From a virus: a stretch of 64,000 nucleotides of DNA. The stretch's first letter is position 1. Every line of letters begins with the position of its first letter. The stretch lies in the IMG/VR virus record IMGVR_UViG_3300046370_000202; one strand, written 5' to 3'. The position numbers and the translations under genes were made by a program. Positions 18,334 to 33,300 of the stretch are shown here, piece after piece. Under the pieces are notes generated by a model. The model did no database searches, had not been told where the DNA came from, and worked only from the letters and a program-made list of their open reading frames with translations.

Positions 18334-21300
18334 TTAGTTGACTAGGTTACCGGCAGCGTCATAGACGTTGATACGGTAGTATGTAGGAGCTTGTCCACCC
18401 AGTGCGTTCGCGTCATGCGATTCCGCAACTGTTAGTGATGAAGCAGCTTCTACTTCGTCAATTGCAATCTCACCAGTTGTTGAGTTGTAGTCGATACATA
18501 GACCACCAGATAGACAATCCTTAGTACGTTGTTCTGTCCAGTACTTGTTGATTGATCCTTCTGATAGGTTGTCTGTTGTCCAACTATTGATAGTTCCAAC
18601 ATTTGTTTCTAGTGAAGTGATGCGTGAACCATTACTACTGATTAGACCAGATAACGTTCCATCTACTGACTGGAATTCTGCAACAATCTCTGTTAGAGAA
18701 TCTAGTGATGCAGAGTCAGTGTTAGATACGATGAAGTCAATCTGAGACTGTAGACTTGCGTCTGCAGATACACGAGCACTTTCTTCAGCAGAGATATCAC
18801 TTGACAGTGCACTTTCTGCAGCAGTCGCACGGGCAACTTCAGCAGCTAGTGAATCAGTCAGATCAGAATCACCCGCGATGCGAGCATCTTCTTCTTGACC
18901 TAACTGGAACTGTAGTGAACTCTTACCTGCAGTCTCTTCCGCAGACAATGCGTCAATCTGAGATTGTAGTTCTGCGTCAGCAGAATCACGATCAGATTCA
19001 GATGCAACGATTGCAGCCGCACGTGCGTTCTGTTCTGCGGTAATCGCAGCAGCACGAGCAGTTGATTCTGCAGTAATCGCATCCGCATTCACCTGTACCG
19101 CAGCAACACGCGCCACTGTCTCAGCAGAGATAGCGTTTGCGTTAGACGTTGTTGCAAGTTCAGTTGCGTCCATCTCACTTTCTAGAGTTGAAACACGTGC
19201 AGTCAATGCACTTGCGTCACCACCTAGATTAGAGATTACGGTCTGTAGATCAGAGTCAGCATCTTCAAATGCCGCGACAACTTCAACCAACTGGTTCAGA
19301 GTTTCTGGAGAACCGTTTGTGATTGCAGTTACTGCCGCATCTACCGCATTGATGTTCGCCTGAAGTGCATTGTCAGCAGATGTTCTTGCTAACTCTTCAG
19401 CATCAATTGCAGACTGAAGTACTGCATCAGCCGCGATACGTGCGTTCTCTTCTGCAGTGATTGCAGACTGTAGACCTTGGTCAGATAGGATACGAGCAGA
19501 CTGTTCTGAATCTAGTAGTGACTGTAGAACACCTTCCGCAGCAGTTGCACGGGCAACTTCTACATCTAGTCCAGACTGTAACGACGCATCACCAGCAACA
19601 CGTAGTGCAGCTTCAGCAGCGATGTCTGAGTCTAGATCTTCTCTCATTGACTGATCTGCAGCAGAACGTGCCGCAACTTCAGAAGTGATCTGAGATTGTA
19701 GATCTGTTTCAACACCAGTCGCACGTGTCTCTTCCGCGTCGATTGCACTTTGTAGTACACCTTCAGCAGTTAGGGCACGTGTCTCTTCTGCAGTAATCGC
19801 AGCAGCATTCGCTGTGTGTGATCCTGCGTTAGATGAGATTAGTGTTTGTAGATCAGAATCTGCGTTCTCAAATGCAGCGACAACTTCTACGATTGTATCT
19901 AGTGACTCCGAAGAACCATTTAGAATCGCGTCAACACGTCCACTTACTGTGTCGATGTTAGACTGTAGAGTATTATCTGCAGTAGTACGTGCTGTACCTT
20001 CGTCAACAACCGCTTGTGCGTTAACCGCTTCTGCCGCAGTTGCACGAGCAACTTCAGCATCGATCGCAGACTGTAGGTCCGAATCAGCGTCAGCACGAGT
20101 ACTTGCTTCTGCAGCTTCTGCCGCTAGAGCACGTGACTCTTCCGCAGAGATGTCAGATGCAAGTGTCGCTTCCGCAGACGTTGCACGAGAGATCTCGTTA
20201 GCCAAGTTAGTTGTCAATACACCTTCTGCAGTTGTCGCACGAGATTCCTCGTTTGAAATCGCAGTAGAAAGTAGTGCATTTAGATCACTATCAGCTTCAT
20301 CAACATATCGCTTGTTTGCAGCAAGATTTGCTGAAGTTGGTTCGTCAACGATTACTTGTGAACCACCGAAGTGTACTAGACCATCTTGCCAATCAATAGT
20401 TGATCCTGGCTGTTCTACCTTTAGTGTTCCTTCAACTACGATTTGGTTAGAAGCAATACGACCTTGAATGTAATCAGTGAACTCGTAGTCCGTTCCGTTC
20501 CACTTCAAGAACTCACCAGAATCCGCAGCAGAAACATTCAAGTGTTGGTCGATCTCTGCCTTAGTAGCATTACCGAAACCACCACCAATGATTGTTGATG
20601 AACCGAAGTTTACTATAGAACCTTCGAAATCAACAGTTCCTGTTTGAACTTTCAGGTCATTCGATTCAATCGTGTCAATGAATGCACGGTTAGCGTAAAC
20701 ATCATTAACATCCTTGATGTTGTTCTGACCCATCTCAATGCCTACTGACAATGCGACATTAGAGTCGGAATCTACACTGATACCTGCAGTACGTGCGTTC
20801 GTTGCAGCAATTGCGCTTGCATTTGAGGCCACCATTGTGGTAACGTCACTATCTGCGTCTTGGAATGCAGAGACTAGTTCAGTCAATGAATCCAATGCAG
20901 CTGGATCAGTATTTTCCTTAATGAAGTCAATCTGTGTCTGCAAGTCAGAGTCAGCAGCAACACGAGCACTTGTCTCTGCAGATTCTGCAGTCTGTGCACG
21001 AGCAACTTCAGCAGCAAGATCAGCAGTTAGTACTGCGTCACCAGCAACACGTAGTGCAGCCTCATCTGAGTCAGCGTTCGCACGATCAGTTGCTTCAGTT
21101 GCGATTGCAGCAGCATTCTGCGAAATTGTTGAAGCGTTCGCAGTAATTAGGTTTTGGATATCGCTATCCGCACCTTCAAATGCACTTACAACCTCAACGA
21201 CGGTGTCTAGTGATTCAACAGAACCATTTAGAATCGCGTCGATACGAGCATTTGCAGCGTCAATGTTAGACTGCAGTGAAGTGTCTTCTGTTGTACGACT

Positions 21301-24300
21301 AGTTGCTTCTGTCGCGACAGTTGCATCAACGTATGACTTAGTTGCAGCGTCTTGTGCGGCAGTTGGATCAGCCATATCAGTAATCTTGTTACCAGACATG
21401 TCAACTTCAGCACTCATCTCAATGTTAGATGAACCAGAAGATGTGCTTACACCAGCAACCTGTGATTGTAAACCTGAAATCGCAGTCGCGTTTGCAGATA
21501 CGTCAGAAGTTAATACCGCTTCCGCACCTTGTGCACGTAGTGACTCATCAGCAATGTCTTGAGCAAGTGACGCTTCGACCGTAGTCGCACGTGTTGTCTC
21601 ATCGGCAATTGCCTGAGCATTAACACCCTCAGCAGCTGTTGCACGTGATGTTTCAGCAGCAATGTCTGACGCAAGACCTGTTTCTGCAGATGTTGCACGG
21701 GCAACTTCAGCAGCTAGATCAGACGTTAGTACACCTTCTGCCGATAGAGCACGAGATGTTTCGTTCGACAAACCAGCACTCAAGTCAGAGTCAGCGTTTC
21801 TGCGAGCAGATGCTTCATCTGTGATTGCCTGTTGACGTGCCGCCACTTCTGCATTAATTGCGTCAGTGTTAGCCGTTACGCTTGTGCTGTTAGATGTGAT
21901 CAGAGACTGGATATCACTATCCGCGTTCTCAAATGCCGCAACAACCTCAACAATAGTGTCTAGTGATTCACCAGCACCTTGTAGGATTGCGTCAACACGA
22001 TCACTTACTGCTTGTGTAGTTGCATCAACATATCCCTTAGTGGTAACGTCACCAGAATCTACCGGAGTTGGGTAGTTAATGATTCTGTTGCCCATTAGGT
22101 CTAGGTTTGAAAGTACCTGCAGATTGTCAACGTCAGCGTTGAATCCGATAGTACCAGTTCCGTCACCGAAGTATAGACCACCGTTGAATGTCGCTAGACC
22201 GTCAACTGTGATAGATCCGTCAGTAAAGTTTGCGCCTAGATGATTTGCAAGTTGAGTTTCTGCAGCCGTTGCACGAGCAGTTTCTACCGCGATATCCGCA
22301 GCAAGACCTGCTTCTACTGCTTCTGCACGAGACTGTTCAGTTACGACAGCGGCAGCATTTACACCTTCTGCAGTTGTTGCGCGTAGTTCTTCTGCATCAA
22401 TTGCACTTTGTAGCGCACCTTCTGCGAGAGTAGCACGAGCGACCTCAGTAGCTAGAGATACTTCTAGTCCACCCTTATCAGCGACCTGTGTGTTAGACAA
22501 TCCGTCAATCTGAGACTGTAGACTTGCGTCACCCGCGATGCGAGATGAAGACTCAGTGTTGATGTTAGACTGTAGCACACCTTCTGCCGCTAGAGCACGT
22601 GTCTCTTCTGCATTTTCTGCAGAAACAGCACGAATAACTTCAGCATCTAGTTCTGAGTGAACTTCGTTGATCGCACCAACAACAGTTGTTGCAGTTGTTG
22701 CCAACGATGATACTGCACCGACATCTGAATCCAAATTGGAGATGTCTGTGTCGTTCGAATCAATCTGCGATTGTAGATCCGAATCACCCGCAATGCGTGA
22801 TGCTTCTTCAGCGTCAATGTTAGATTGTAGAACAGTATCTGCAGCTTCGCGGTTTGCAGTCTCTGTAGTTAGAGATGCATTCAAACCGCCAACACCTGTT
22901 GCGTTAGAGGTCATTAGTGCTAGTAGATCACTATCTGAACCCTGAAGTGTTGAGACGATCTCTTGGAACGTGTCTAGAGTCTCTGGTGATGTACCAACGA
23001 TGTGGTCAATCTGAGCCTGTAGATCTGTTTCCACAGTTGTCGCACGAGTTTCTTCGTTGGAAACTTGCGTATCAACATACAACTTAGTAGTAACATCCTT
23101 ATCAACTGTAGGTTCTGCAATGTTAAGGACTTGATGCTCATTCATGTCTAGATCAGACATGATAGTAATCGCGTCACTTAATGGATCGTGTCCGATCGCA
23201 CCACCACTTGTACCAACCGAGATTCCATCACTAAACGTTGCCAAACCTTCGACTCTAATATCTCCGTCTGAGTCTGGTTGTAGTGCGCTAGAAAGGATAT
23301 CTACTCTTTGAGTTAAGATTGTATCTTCGGTCGTTGAACGAGAAATCTCTGCACTCAATTGTGATGTTAGATCTGTTGTGATCGTAGTTAATGAATCGAT
23401 CTCAACTTGTTGAGCTGCATCACCATCAGCACGTGCAGTCGTTTCTGTAGCAATTGCCGCAGCGTTGTCTGCAATACCTATGCCGTATCCTTCCTGTGCA
23501 ACAGAAATATTGTTAGCATAATTGTAAGCGTTAACGTTAACATCATTTGCCAACTGTTCTAACTGATTGGTTCTATGCATCAAGTAGTTCATACCTGTTG
23601 AGATACCAGAGTTCGGTAGAACGTGTTCTGTGATCTCTACTGCACCAGAAGCCAGTGTCAAGCTTAAACTTCTATATCCGAATGACTGTTCTGTAGTAGT
23701 TGTGTCTTGATCTACCAAATCGCTTGGAGTGATCTTGACTGGAACACCAGTTAACAGATTTGTCTGATAAATGTATACAGCACCAGAGTTAGTTCCTTGA
23801 TCATCATCGTAAGGAGCAGCAACGGCTAACTTACCGCCGTTAACAGAAATCTTATAACCGAAGTTATCACCTGCCGAAGCATCTGGTGCATTCAGTGTAA
23901 ACACTGGTGGTGGAGCATATGATCCAGCCTGAGTAGCGTTATCGTAAAGTCCTTCTAGTTCATAAACAAGAACTTGTCCTGCGTTGACGCCATAAGGATT
24001 ATCATCGTATGGAACACCAACATACAAGTAGTTTTCGTCGGTCGCTAGGTCCCAACCAAAATTTTGATTTTGTTCATACCAATCGGGAGCTCTAATGAAC
24101 CTATAATCACTACTAACTCCATAATCATTTGATCTTGGGTGTATTGATATGAGTCCAACATCGTATTTTCCTCCATCAGGATCATAGTCGTCATAAGGCA
24201 TACCTACGAAAATATGAGTACTGCTCATGGCAATACCATACTGACCATATCCACGACTCGGACTTTCTCCCGAAGCGTAATACTTGTTGTAGTAATTATC

Positions 24301-27300
24301 GTTATGCCAGTTTATAGCACTAAGATTAGAGATTGAAGATCCACTGTTCAAAAGGTTCGTTAGGTCATATGTGTATATGGCACCATAATATCCGCGTAAT
24401 GACCCACTTGAATATTGCTCGGTGTGACCGCCTGAATATTCGCCCGTAAAACCGTCCCTTTCGCCGTAGTTATCAGCACCGACTACTAACATGTTGTCGA
24501 TAACTTCTACTCTTCGACCAAAGTAAGTGTTATCGTCATTGTCTGCATCGTTTGAGTTTCCATATAGCTCAATCTGAGAGTGAGTAGGGGTTAGTACAGT
24601 AGGACTTAATCCTAAGTTATTAACGTCAAATAGATAAACAGAACCCGTATTGGTATTAGATGCTTCAGGTACGGTATAGTCATCGCCCGGACAACCGACA
24701 ATAATGAACTCATCGGTACCAGTAACATCCCAACCAAACTGCATGTCAGCTTCGCTTGTGATGTTAGGATGTAGTCTAACTGGAGGAATAGTCAAGTCCG
24801 CTATTTCATATACAAATACAGCGCCCTGATTACTTACTATAGTGTCATCGTATGGGTCACTGATAACCAGATATTCGCGAACAACAGCTGCTGCGTGACC
24901 AAAGTAACCACCTGTAATTCCGTCTGGGTGCGTTAACTTAACTGGCTGTTCAGTTGGATTGTTTGCATCAAAGACGTAGACTGAACCACTATTTTTGTTA
25001 CCAGAAACAATCATATACTGATCTTGATAGACCGTACGTGAAATTTCTGTCATCACATTAGGTAGGTTTGTTAGTCCTGCACCACCACTAATCTCATTCT
25101 CTAGACTTAATAGATGTGTAGAGTTGTTTGAGATTAATGTCTGAATGTCGTTGTCAGCATTCTGGAATGCAGAAACAACTTCTTGGATTGTATCCAGAGT
25201 TTCTGGAGACGTTCCGACAATGTTATCAATCTGTGCTTGTAGAACTGAGTCACCAGCAACACGAGCCGAAGTCTCATTTGCAATATCTACAATGTTAGTA
25301 TTGATAGTTGCAGCGTTTGCATCGACATCGGTACGTAGACCAGCTTCGATACCAAGTGCACGTACTACTTCAGCGTCTAGTTCGTTGTGAACTTCGTTAA
25401 TCGCACCGATCGTTGAATCTGCATTAGTCAGTAGACCTTCCGCAACAGGCGGAGCAAGTTCAGCAGGTACTGATTCAAGATTACGTGAAACAGAATCGAT
25501 CAACTTAACGTTTGGTGGGTTGTCTAGGTTTGCAACCTCAAATACAGAGATTGACTGTGAGTTAGAACCTACGAATAGGAATCCGGACATCAAACCAATC
25601 GCGACACCAAACTGATCTTCGTTGTTAGGAGCAACAACTTGCGAGTCAGCAGCAACAGCTTGTTTCCAATCAGTGTAATCTGTTGTATTAACTGTTGAGA
25701 TATCATTCCAGATGCTAACGCCATTGTATGAACCGATGTACATCTTGTTATCTTCTAAGATGATTGGTTCAATAGAGTTGACAGGAATGTGTGCTGGTGA
25801 GAAGTTTGCTTCGTCAGCATAGTAGTAGAAGTGCTGTGTCAGATCATAAGTGTAACTTGTCTGTGCACCACCCTGCCATGTAAACTGGAACCAAGCGCCA
25901 GCAACGTTTTCGGTGAAAGACAACAAGATAGGATACATTTCACCTTCAACCATTGAGACTGTTGCAGTATCTGTACCAACGTTAGTCTGATATATGATTG
26001 CTTCGGCAGTACCTCTATTTGAAGTGTTCATTAATGCATTTTCACCGATCCACATCAACCCTTGGTTATCAGAATTTATTCTGAAAGTAAAGTTTGCTGT
26101 TTCTGGAGCTTTAAAGTAACCAACAAACTGGTAACTATAGTAGTCACCTTCATCACCTAGGTTAATCTGATTGGTGTATAGGCTAGCGTTTGACAACGGC
26201 ATGTCAATACCGCTTGACCATCCTCCTTGTCCGCTTCTCTTCGCTCCCCATAGACCACCTTGGGTTAGACCAGATTCTAGACCACCAGTACTGAATACTT
26301 TTGGAGATTCTGACAGGTTCAATCTATCCCAAACAACAGCCTTATCAGTCAATGATGTTGCAATCCAACGATCGTTCATAGTTACTGAACCACCGATAAT
26401 ACCCACATCTGAGTTTGGACCTCTTAGAGTCGCAACTAAAGATGAAGATGCTGGATTGGTGATGTCATAGACATAAAGGAAACCAACAGAAACTACCGAT
26501 TCCATAGTCATTTGTTGCTTAGGTGAAGAGACTACCAAAGTAGTTCCTCTGATTGCCATAGAGTGTCCATAGCCCATACCCGCAGAACCTACAGAAGGTT
26601 CTATTGTGCTTAATAGAGCGTAAGAACTTGCGTCGTATAGTTTCACAGTTCCGTATGAACTGTCCGAAACACTACTGATAGCAATAACGTCGTCAGTCAT
26701 AACAATTGAAGAACCGAAGTCTCCAGAAGTTACGCCACTGTTGATGATAGTCGGAGCAGAGAACAAATCCGATGCGTCATACACAAAGAACTCGCCGTTT
26801 GATGCTGCAACAACAACCTTAGTTGATGATACCGCAACGTCAACACCATAACCCATATCCGCATCTACTGTCTCACCAGACTCACGGTTTGGAGTTAGTT
26901 CGATAGGTGATAGGTTTAGGTTATTACCGTTGTAAGCAAGTACTGTGTTTGCTTCTGGCTTCTTAACGAAGACAAAAGGAACTTTCGCATCTAAATCAAC
27001 TTCTGTCGCAGAAGCAATTGCCTCAACACTAGATTCTAGTGCAGAAATAGCAGTCGCGTTAACAGCGTTGTTTGTTGCGTTTGTTGAAAGTAGATTAGAT
27101 ATATCTGAATCGGCATTTTCAAATGCTGATACAATTTCTACCATAGTGTCTAGGTGATCTGGACTTGCCCCTAGGATAGCATCGATCTGAGATTGTAGAT
27201 TTGAATCACCAGCAATACGTGCTGATTCTTCAGTATCAATGTTTGTCTGCAAAGTTGTGTCTGCAGCTTCACGTGCAGCAGTTTCTCCGTCAGTATACTG

Positions 27301-30300
27301 TTCGAAGTATGCTACGTGTGCCGCGTTTGCACTGTCATAAATTGACGCTTGCTCTGCGTTTGCAGCAGCATATACCGCAGACTGATCTAAGTTAGCCTGT
27401 GCATAAATCGCAACCTGTTCTGCTTTATCAGAATCGAAACGTTGATCTTGTGCAGCAAGTTTGAAGTCAATATTGTCTTCGATTGCTTGTACGTCTTCAA
27501 CGAATGAGGCCGATCCCGTTAGTGCACCTACCGCAGTAAGAAGTTCTTCTTTCTTAGCATTTAAGTAGTTAACCGCAGACGTTAGACTGTCATTCGGATT
27601 GAATGTTTCAGTGTAAGATTCTGTGATTGTTGCACGAGGAGAAATAACAGTAGATGCATACGAAGTTGTTCCATCATCAATTTCTTCAATTTTTACCGGA
27701 GCAAGAGATAGATCATTAATATCATGGATCATCGTCAAATTAGTACGATTAAACGAATGTTGTCTGTAGTCATGAGCATTTACGACGAACAAATCTCCAT
27801 GAACAGAAATCTCATGAGCATATCTGGCATCACTGCCATTATCTGAGTGCCCCCAAGTTGTATCTTTCCAACTTAATAGACCAGCAGAATTGGTACCGTT
27901 GCTTGGCATAGCCGAATCGCCTTGTAAGGCAATAGCTTTAGGGATTACGTATACTCTGCCGTTGTTACCGTAGTAGAAATGCCCAGTATTACCTAAGAAA
28001 AGATAATCGTCATGAACTGCTATTTGATCTTGAGAATTAAATGCATAGTAATAATGGTTATCTGGACGATCTGACGAACTGTAATGTCGAACCATATTGT
28101 TATCAGTTATGATAACAGGTGGTATGGATAAGTCAGTTGCATCAAAGACAGCAACTTTACCTGTACCATCAGACCAATTATATTGACCATTACGAGAAGT
28201 GACTGCCACCATCGTATCACTTGCACGAACAGATACACGACCAAAATCGCTGCCATTGGTTACGGTATCCGACAATGTAGTTACGAAAGACAGATCAGAC
28301 TTATTGTAAACAACAACCTTTCTTTGTCCTCCTAGAGCAACGAATATGTGCGTACTGTTCCAAGCTGCATGATTACCATACCAAAGATCCCCATCAGTTA
28401 CATCAGGGCCTGGTATATTAAGTGAAGAAGGTAGATCGTCGACCATAGATTCGACATAGATTGCACTGCCTGAGGCTAATGATGGAATATCATAAACCCT
28501 TACGCCGCCTAAACTATCGTCCGAGTGATCTTGATACTTGGTGACCATTAGTTTGGTTCCACCATCATACTCTAAGTTTCTATCAAATCCTTCACAATCT
28601 ACGACTGCAATTGGTGTTGATGAGACATTGATTGTTTCTAAATCATATACTAAGAACGAATGTTCGCCCGAGACATTTGCCTTATCCACAAGGAATATTG
28701 CATAATCGCGAGTTACGACCATCTGATCTGTTGCATTATTCGACGTATATTCGTCTGGGAACTGAATTCTTGTACTTACACCAACGTTTTGACCAGTTGA
28801 TGACCAATTGGCTGAAGTGTAAACATAAGTCTCATCATCGCCACGACGCACAACATAGTACTGATCTGGGATCTGCCTATCATAAGTGATAGAGGTTGTG
28901 TCTTGTGGTAAAGCAACGTGACCCACGCCCATGCGAGTACGAATTTCTTCTTGAAGTTCATTCGTTGTCGCAAATGCACTTTCTACACTTGATGTGAACG
29001 AGGTATAATCAGAATCGTGATCTAAGATAAACTCTGCTTGAGAAGCGTTTACTGTATTCTCAAACGCAGTACGATCAGCATTCACCTGATCAATATCAGC
29101 TTGAACTGCATCACGGTGTGTTTGACGCTCCGCGTTTACAGATGCTTCGAATGCAGTACGATCTGCATCTACCGCAACGATTGCAGCTGCATTAGTTGCA
29201 ATGTTTGCAGTGTTAGTTGCAACGTCTGCTGCTACTGCAGCGATATCTGCATCATTTGACTGAATTGCTGCCAAGTTTGCTTCTAGATCTGCACGTAGTT
29301 CCTGACGCTTAGATTCCAAGTAGTTGATCGAGTTACCTAGACCAGCAGCTGGAATGATTGTGTCAGTGATTGACTGCGTAACAGTTGCCGCTGGCGAGAT
29401 TGCCATACGATTACCGAATGTGCCGCCCGCAGTACTGTTGGTAGGTTCTATCAAATTAATAGGATCTTGATCCATATTTGTTAGATCATAGACATAAATG
29501 CCAGTTTCTGAAGCACTTCTTACCAACAACCGGTTGCTTTCTTCGTGTATGGATCGTGCAAAGTTACTAACACCTTCATCAGGCGATTCTACAACTAAAG
29601 GTGGTAAAATCAAATTTGTAGAGTCGTAAATGAACATAAGTCCATTAGAACTTGGAGTTGTGCTCATACTGCTAGCATCTAAAGCACCAACAATCAATCG
29701 AGTATCTGTTAAAGCGATAGAATGTCCAAATTGAAGATTGGAAGATGCGTATTCGGGTGGCGCATATAACTTAGTGTGTGGTTCATTTAGGTTATCCGGA
29801 TTAAACAAATAAACAGAACCATGATTGATTCCTTGCGTATCATCGTTCGGAGCACCTACAGCAATAAGAGTAGATGAAGCTTCGAATGCGCCAGTAAGTT
29901 CGCCTGACCCCCAAGCAATAGTATCTGAGTTCAAATCACTAGAAGTTAATTGATGTGCATTACTCAAAGAACCATCGGTTGCGTCAATATCCCAGACCCA
30001 AAGAGTATCAGTACCAGAAGTTCTAAGCGCATATAACTTATCACCGAAAACTCGCATTTTATACGTATTAAGTCCGTTAATAGTATATGTTGAGACAGCA
30101 CCTGTAGTTCCGCCTTCTGATAGCGGTTGTCTCCAGATTTGGTCTGTTCCACTAGTTTCGTGCACATAAATGTAATCTTCAGAAACGGCAAAGGCTGAGA
30201 CGCTTTGTCCGCCAGCTTCAGCTGGTCTGTAATTTTTAGAAGATGAAGTTATACCTAAAACTAGGTCTGATAATTCATATCTGTAAACTATGTGTGCGTT

Positions 30301-33300
30301 AGAATTCCATCGAACAAATACTGCTTCACTGTTCATATCCATTATGTGAACACTGTTACCACCATTATAGATTGTTGCAACAGGAACCCTTGGATTTGAT
30401 CTTGCGCTATCATACACATAGACGTTATAACTATCAGCAACCGCATAGAACTGACGACCCGCATACTCTACTTCATAGGTGATTGTCTCACCGATGTCTG
30501 GAGTAATTAGAGGAACGTTTTCAGCACCAATTGTTGTCTGTAGTGCAGCTAGTGTACCAGTGTTTGTGTTGATTAGATTCTGTAGACTGTTATCAGCACT
30601 TTCATATGCAGATACAATTTCTTGTAGAGTATCTAATGTCTCTGGGGACGTACCGATAATTGCATCTAGTTGTGCTTGTAGTGCTGCGTCACCTGTGACG
30701 ACTGCACTTGCGTTAGCCTGTTCTGCCAACTGAGCACGAACAACTTCTGCGTCCAATGCATCTTCTACAGCATTGAGTTCGGCGACAGTTGCGCCACTTG
30801 CAGTTCGAGCTGCGTTATCTGCAACAATATCGTCAATTTGGTTCTGTAGAATTCCATCAGCACCAATACGTGAAGTTGTTTCGTCTGTAAGGTTTTGCGA
30901 CTGTGTGTTAATAAATGTCTGTAAGGAAGCGTCACCAGCTAGACGTGCAGATTCTTCTGCATCTATCTGTGCTTGTAGAGCGCTGTCAGAAGACATACGT
31001 GCAGTCGTCTCGATAGACGCCTGTGCGATGCGTTGAGTCTTCTCGTCTAATATGTCCGCCGCAAGATCAGCGTCACCAGCGATACGAGAAGTTGCTTCTG
31101 AAGTGTCGGCTGCAATACGTGCGTCTACTTCTTGTTGAAGTGCTGCATCTGCACCAGCTGTATCTGATAACTCAGTGTGTAGTTCATTAATCGCATCAAC
31201 TAGTGTTGAGGCAGATGTGTCTAGAGAACTAACATCACCAATCGCGGATGAGTTTGCAGTCATCAATGTCTGTAGATCACCATCAGCACTTTGGAATGCA
31301 GCTACGATCTCTTGTAGTGTATCCAAATTTTCTGGAGATGAACCCAAGATCGCATCAATCTGTGACTGGATGCTTGATAGATCTAAGTTTGCTAGATCCG
31401 AAGACTTCGCTAGTTCTACCCACTGACCACCGTGTGCAAAGTATGCCGCACCTTCTGCGTGGACGTGTGCAAACATACCGTGATTTGCAGATGCGTCTGG
31501 TAGATCTCCCATAGTAGAGAACAATGGGTGAGCTTGTCCACCCGCCTCAACTTGGTCAATCTTGTTTTGCAACAAGGCTTCTGCCGCTAAAGCGCGGGTC
31601 TCTTCTGCAGAGATTGCTGTAGCGTTTGCTTGTTCAGCCGCTGTTGCACGAGCCGTTTCTGCGTCTACTGCTGCCTGTACTGTTGCATCACCTGCAACAC
31701 GAGCGGTTGCTTCTGCGGAAATTGCACCAACACGAGCACTTGACTCTGCGGTATCTGCCGCTTCACGAGCTGAAACTTCTGCTGCTAGTGATGCGGTTAG
31801 ATCTGAATCGCCAGAGATACGCGATGCTTCTTCTGCATCAATAGATGACTGTAATGCATCGTCTGCGTTTTCACGTGCAGTTGCTTCTGCTTGAACAGCG
31901 AATGTACGTTCAGAGACTTCTTGAGTCAATGATGCATTTACTGCCGCAATAGTAGAAGAGTTGCCTGTGATTAGACCTGTAAGGTCACTATCTGCACCTT
32001 CAAACGCCGCCACAACTTCTTGAATTGTGTCTAGTGTTTCTGGAGATGTTCCAACGATTGCGTCTAGTTGTGATTGAATGCTTGATAAATCGCTACCAGT
32101 TACAGTATTCAACTGTGATTGTAGATCAGAGACCGCAGCTGCACGTGTTTGTGCTTCTGATAGGTCAGCAGCAATACGTGCTGCTTGTTCTGCGTCTACT
32201 GCAGCTTGTACTGTTGCATCGCCAGCAACACGAGCGGCCGCTTCTGCAGTTACTGCGTCTTCACGAGCAGTCTTTTCTGTTTCTATTGCCGCAGCGTTTG
32301 CTTGTTCTGCAGATGTTGCACGAGCAATTTCTGCATCAATTGCAGCACCACGTGCCGTTGCTTCCGCAGCGACTGCATCAGCGATATCCTGAGATACTGC
32401 CTCACGTGCGCGTACGACTGTGAAGAATAACTTATTGTCACCTTCAGCAATAGCGTCTGTGCTTGTTACTGCGATTGGAGTTGCTGTAACGCCGTCGTAT
32501 ACTTCCCAACGATCGTCTAGTTCGTTCCAACGTAGTTGAACTGCAGGTTCGTCACCACGCATGATACGAATACCTGCGTTAAGTACCGGAGCACCTGTAG
32601 AAACATTGCTGTTTAGATCGATGATGTTGTCAGCTACTTTTAAGGTCTGGCTGTCTAGAGTTGTTGTAGTACCCTCGACGGTCAAATTGCCTTCGATGGT
32701 TACATTATCTTCAAAGACTTTATCGCCAGTGATTGTACCGTCTGCATTTAAACTGTCAACATATTCTTTTGTTGCAGCGTCTGAAGCATCTACTGGAACA
32801 CCGACATTTGTAACTTTGTGTGTTCCCATATCAACAGCACCACCAAACTTAGTTGGTTCGCCGCCGACTGTAGAAATTGTTTCTCCAACGGACATTACTA
32901 GATCTGACTTCAACTGGACACTTTCGTCGCCAGCGTTTAGATCAATGTTACCACCACCTGTTGCGCCGAACGACAGGTTCTGACCTGCGTCTGCGTACAT
33001 AGTGATTGTACCGCTGTTGTCTTCTAGAATCTTAGTACCGTTAATGTACAGAGAGCCTGGACCGATGTATAGATCTTTCCATACGCGATCTGGAGAACCT
33101 AGTGTGTACTCGTTATCCAATGATGGAATTAGGTTTCCTGCCCAACCGTCACTGTCGTTATACGTGAACTGTGATGCTTGCAAACTTGCAACGTCTGCTT
33201 GACGTGCAACTGCTTCAGCAGTAATTGCGGCCGCGTTTAGATCGTCTGCCGTTATCGCACGTGCGATCTCAGCATTCAAACTATTTTGCAGTGCGTTATC

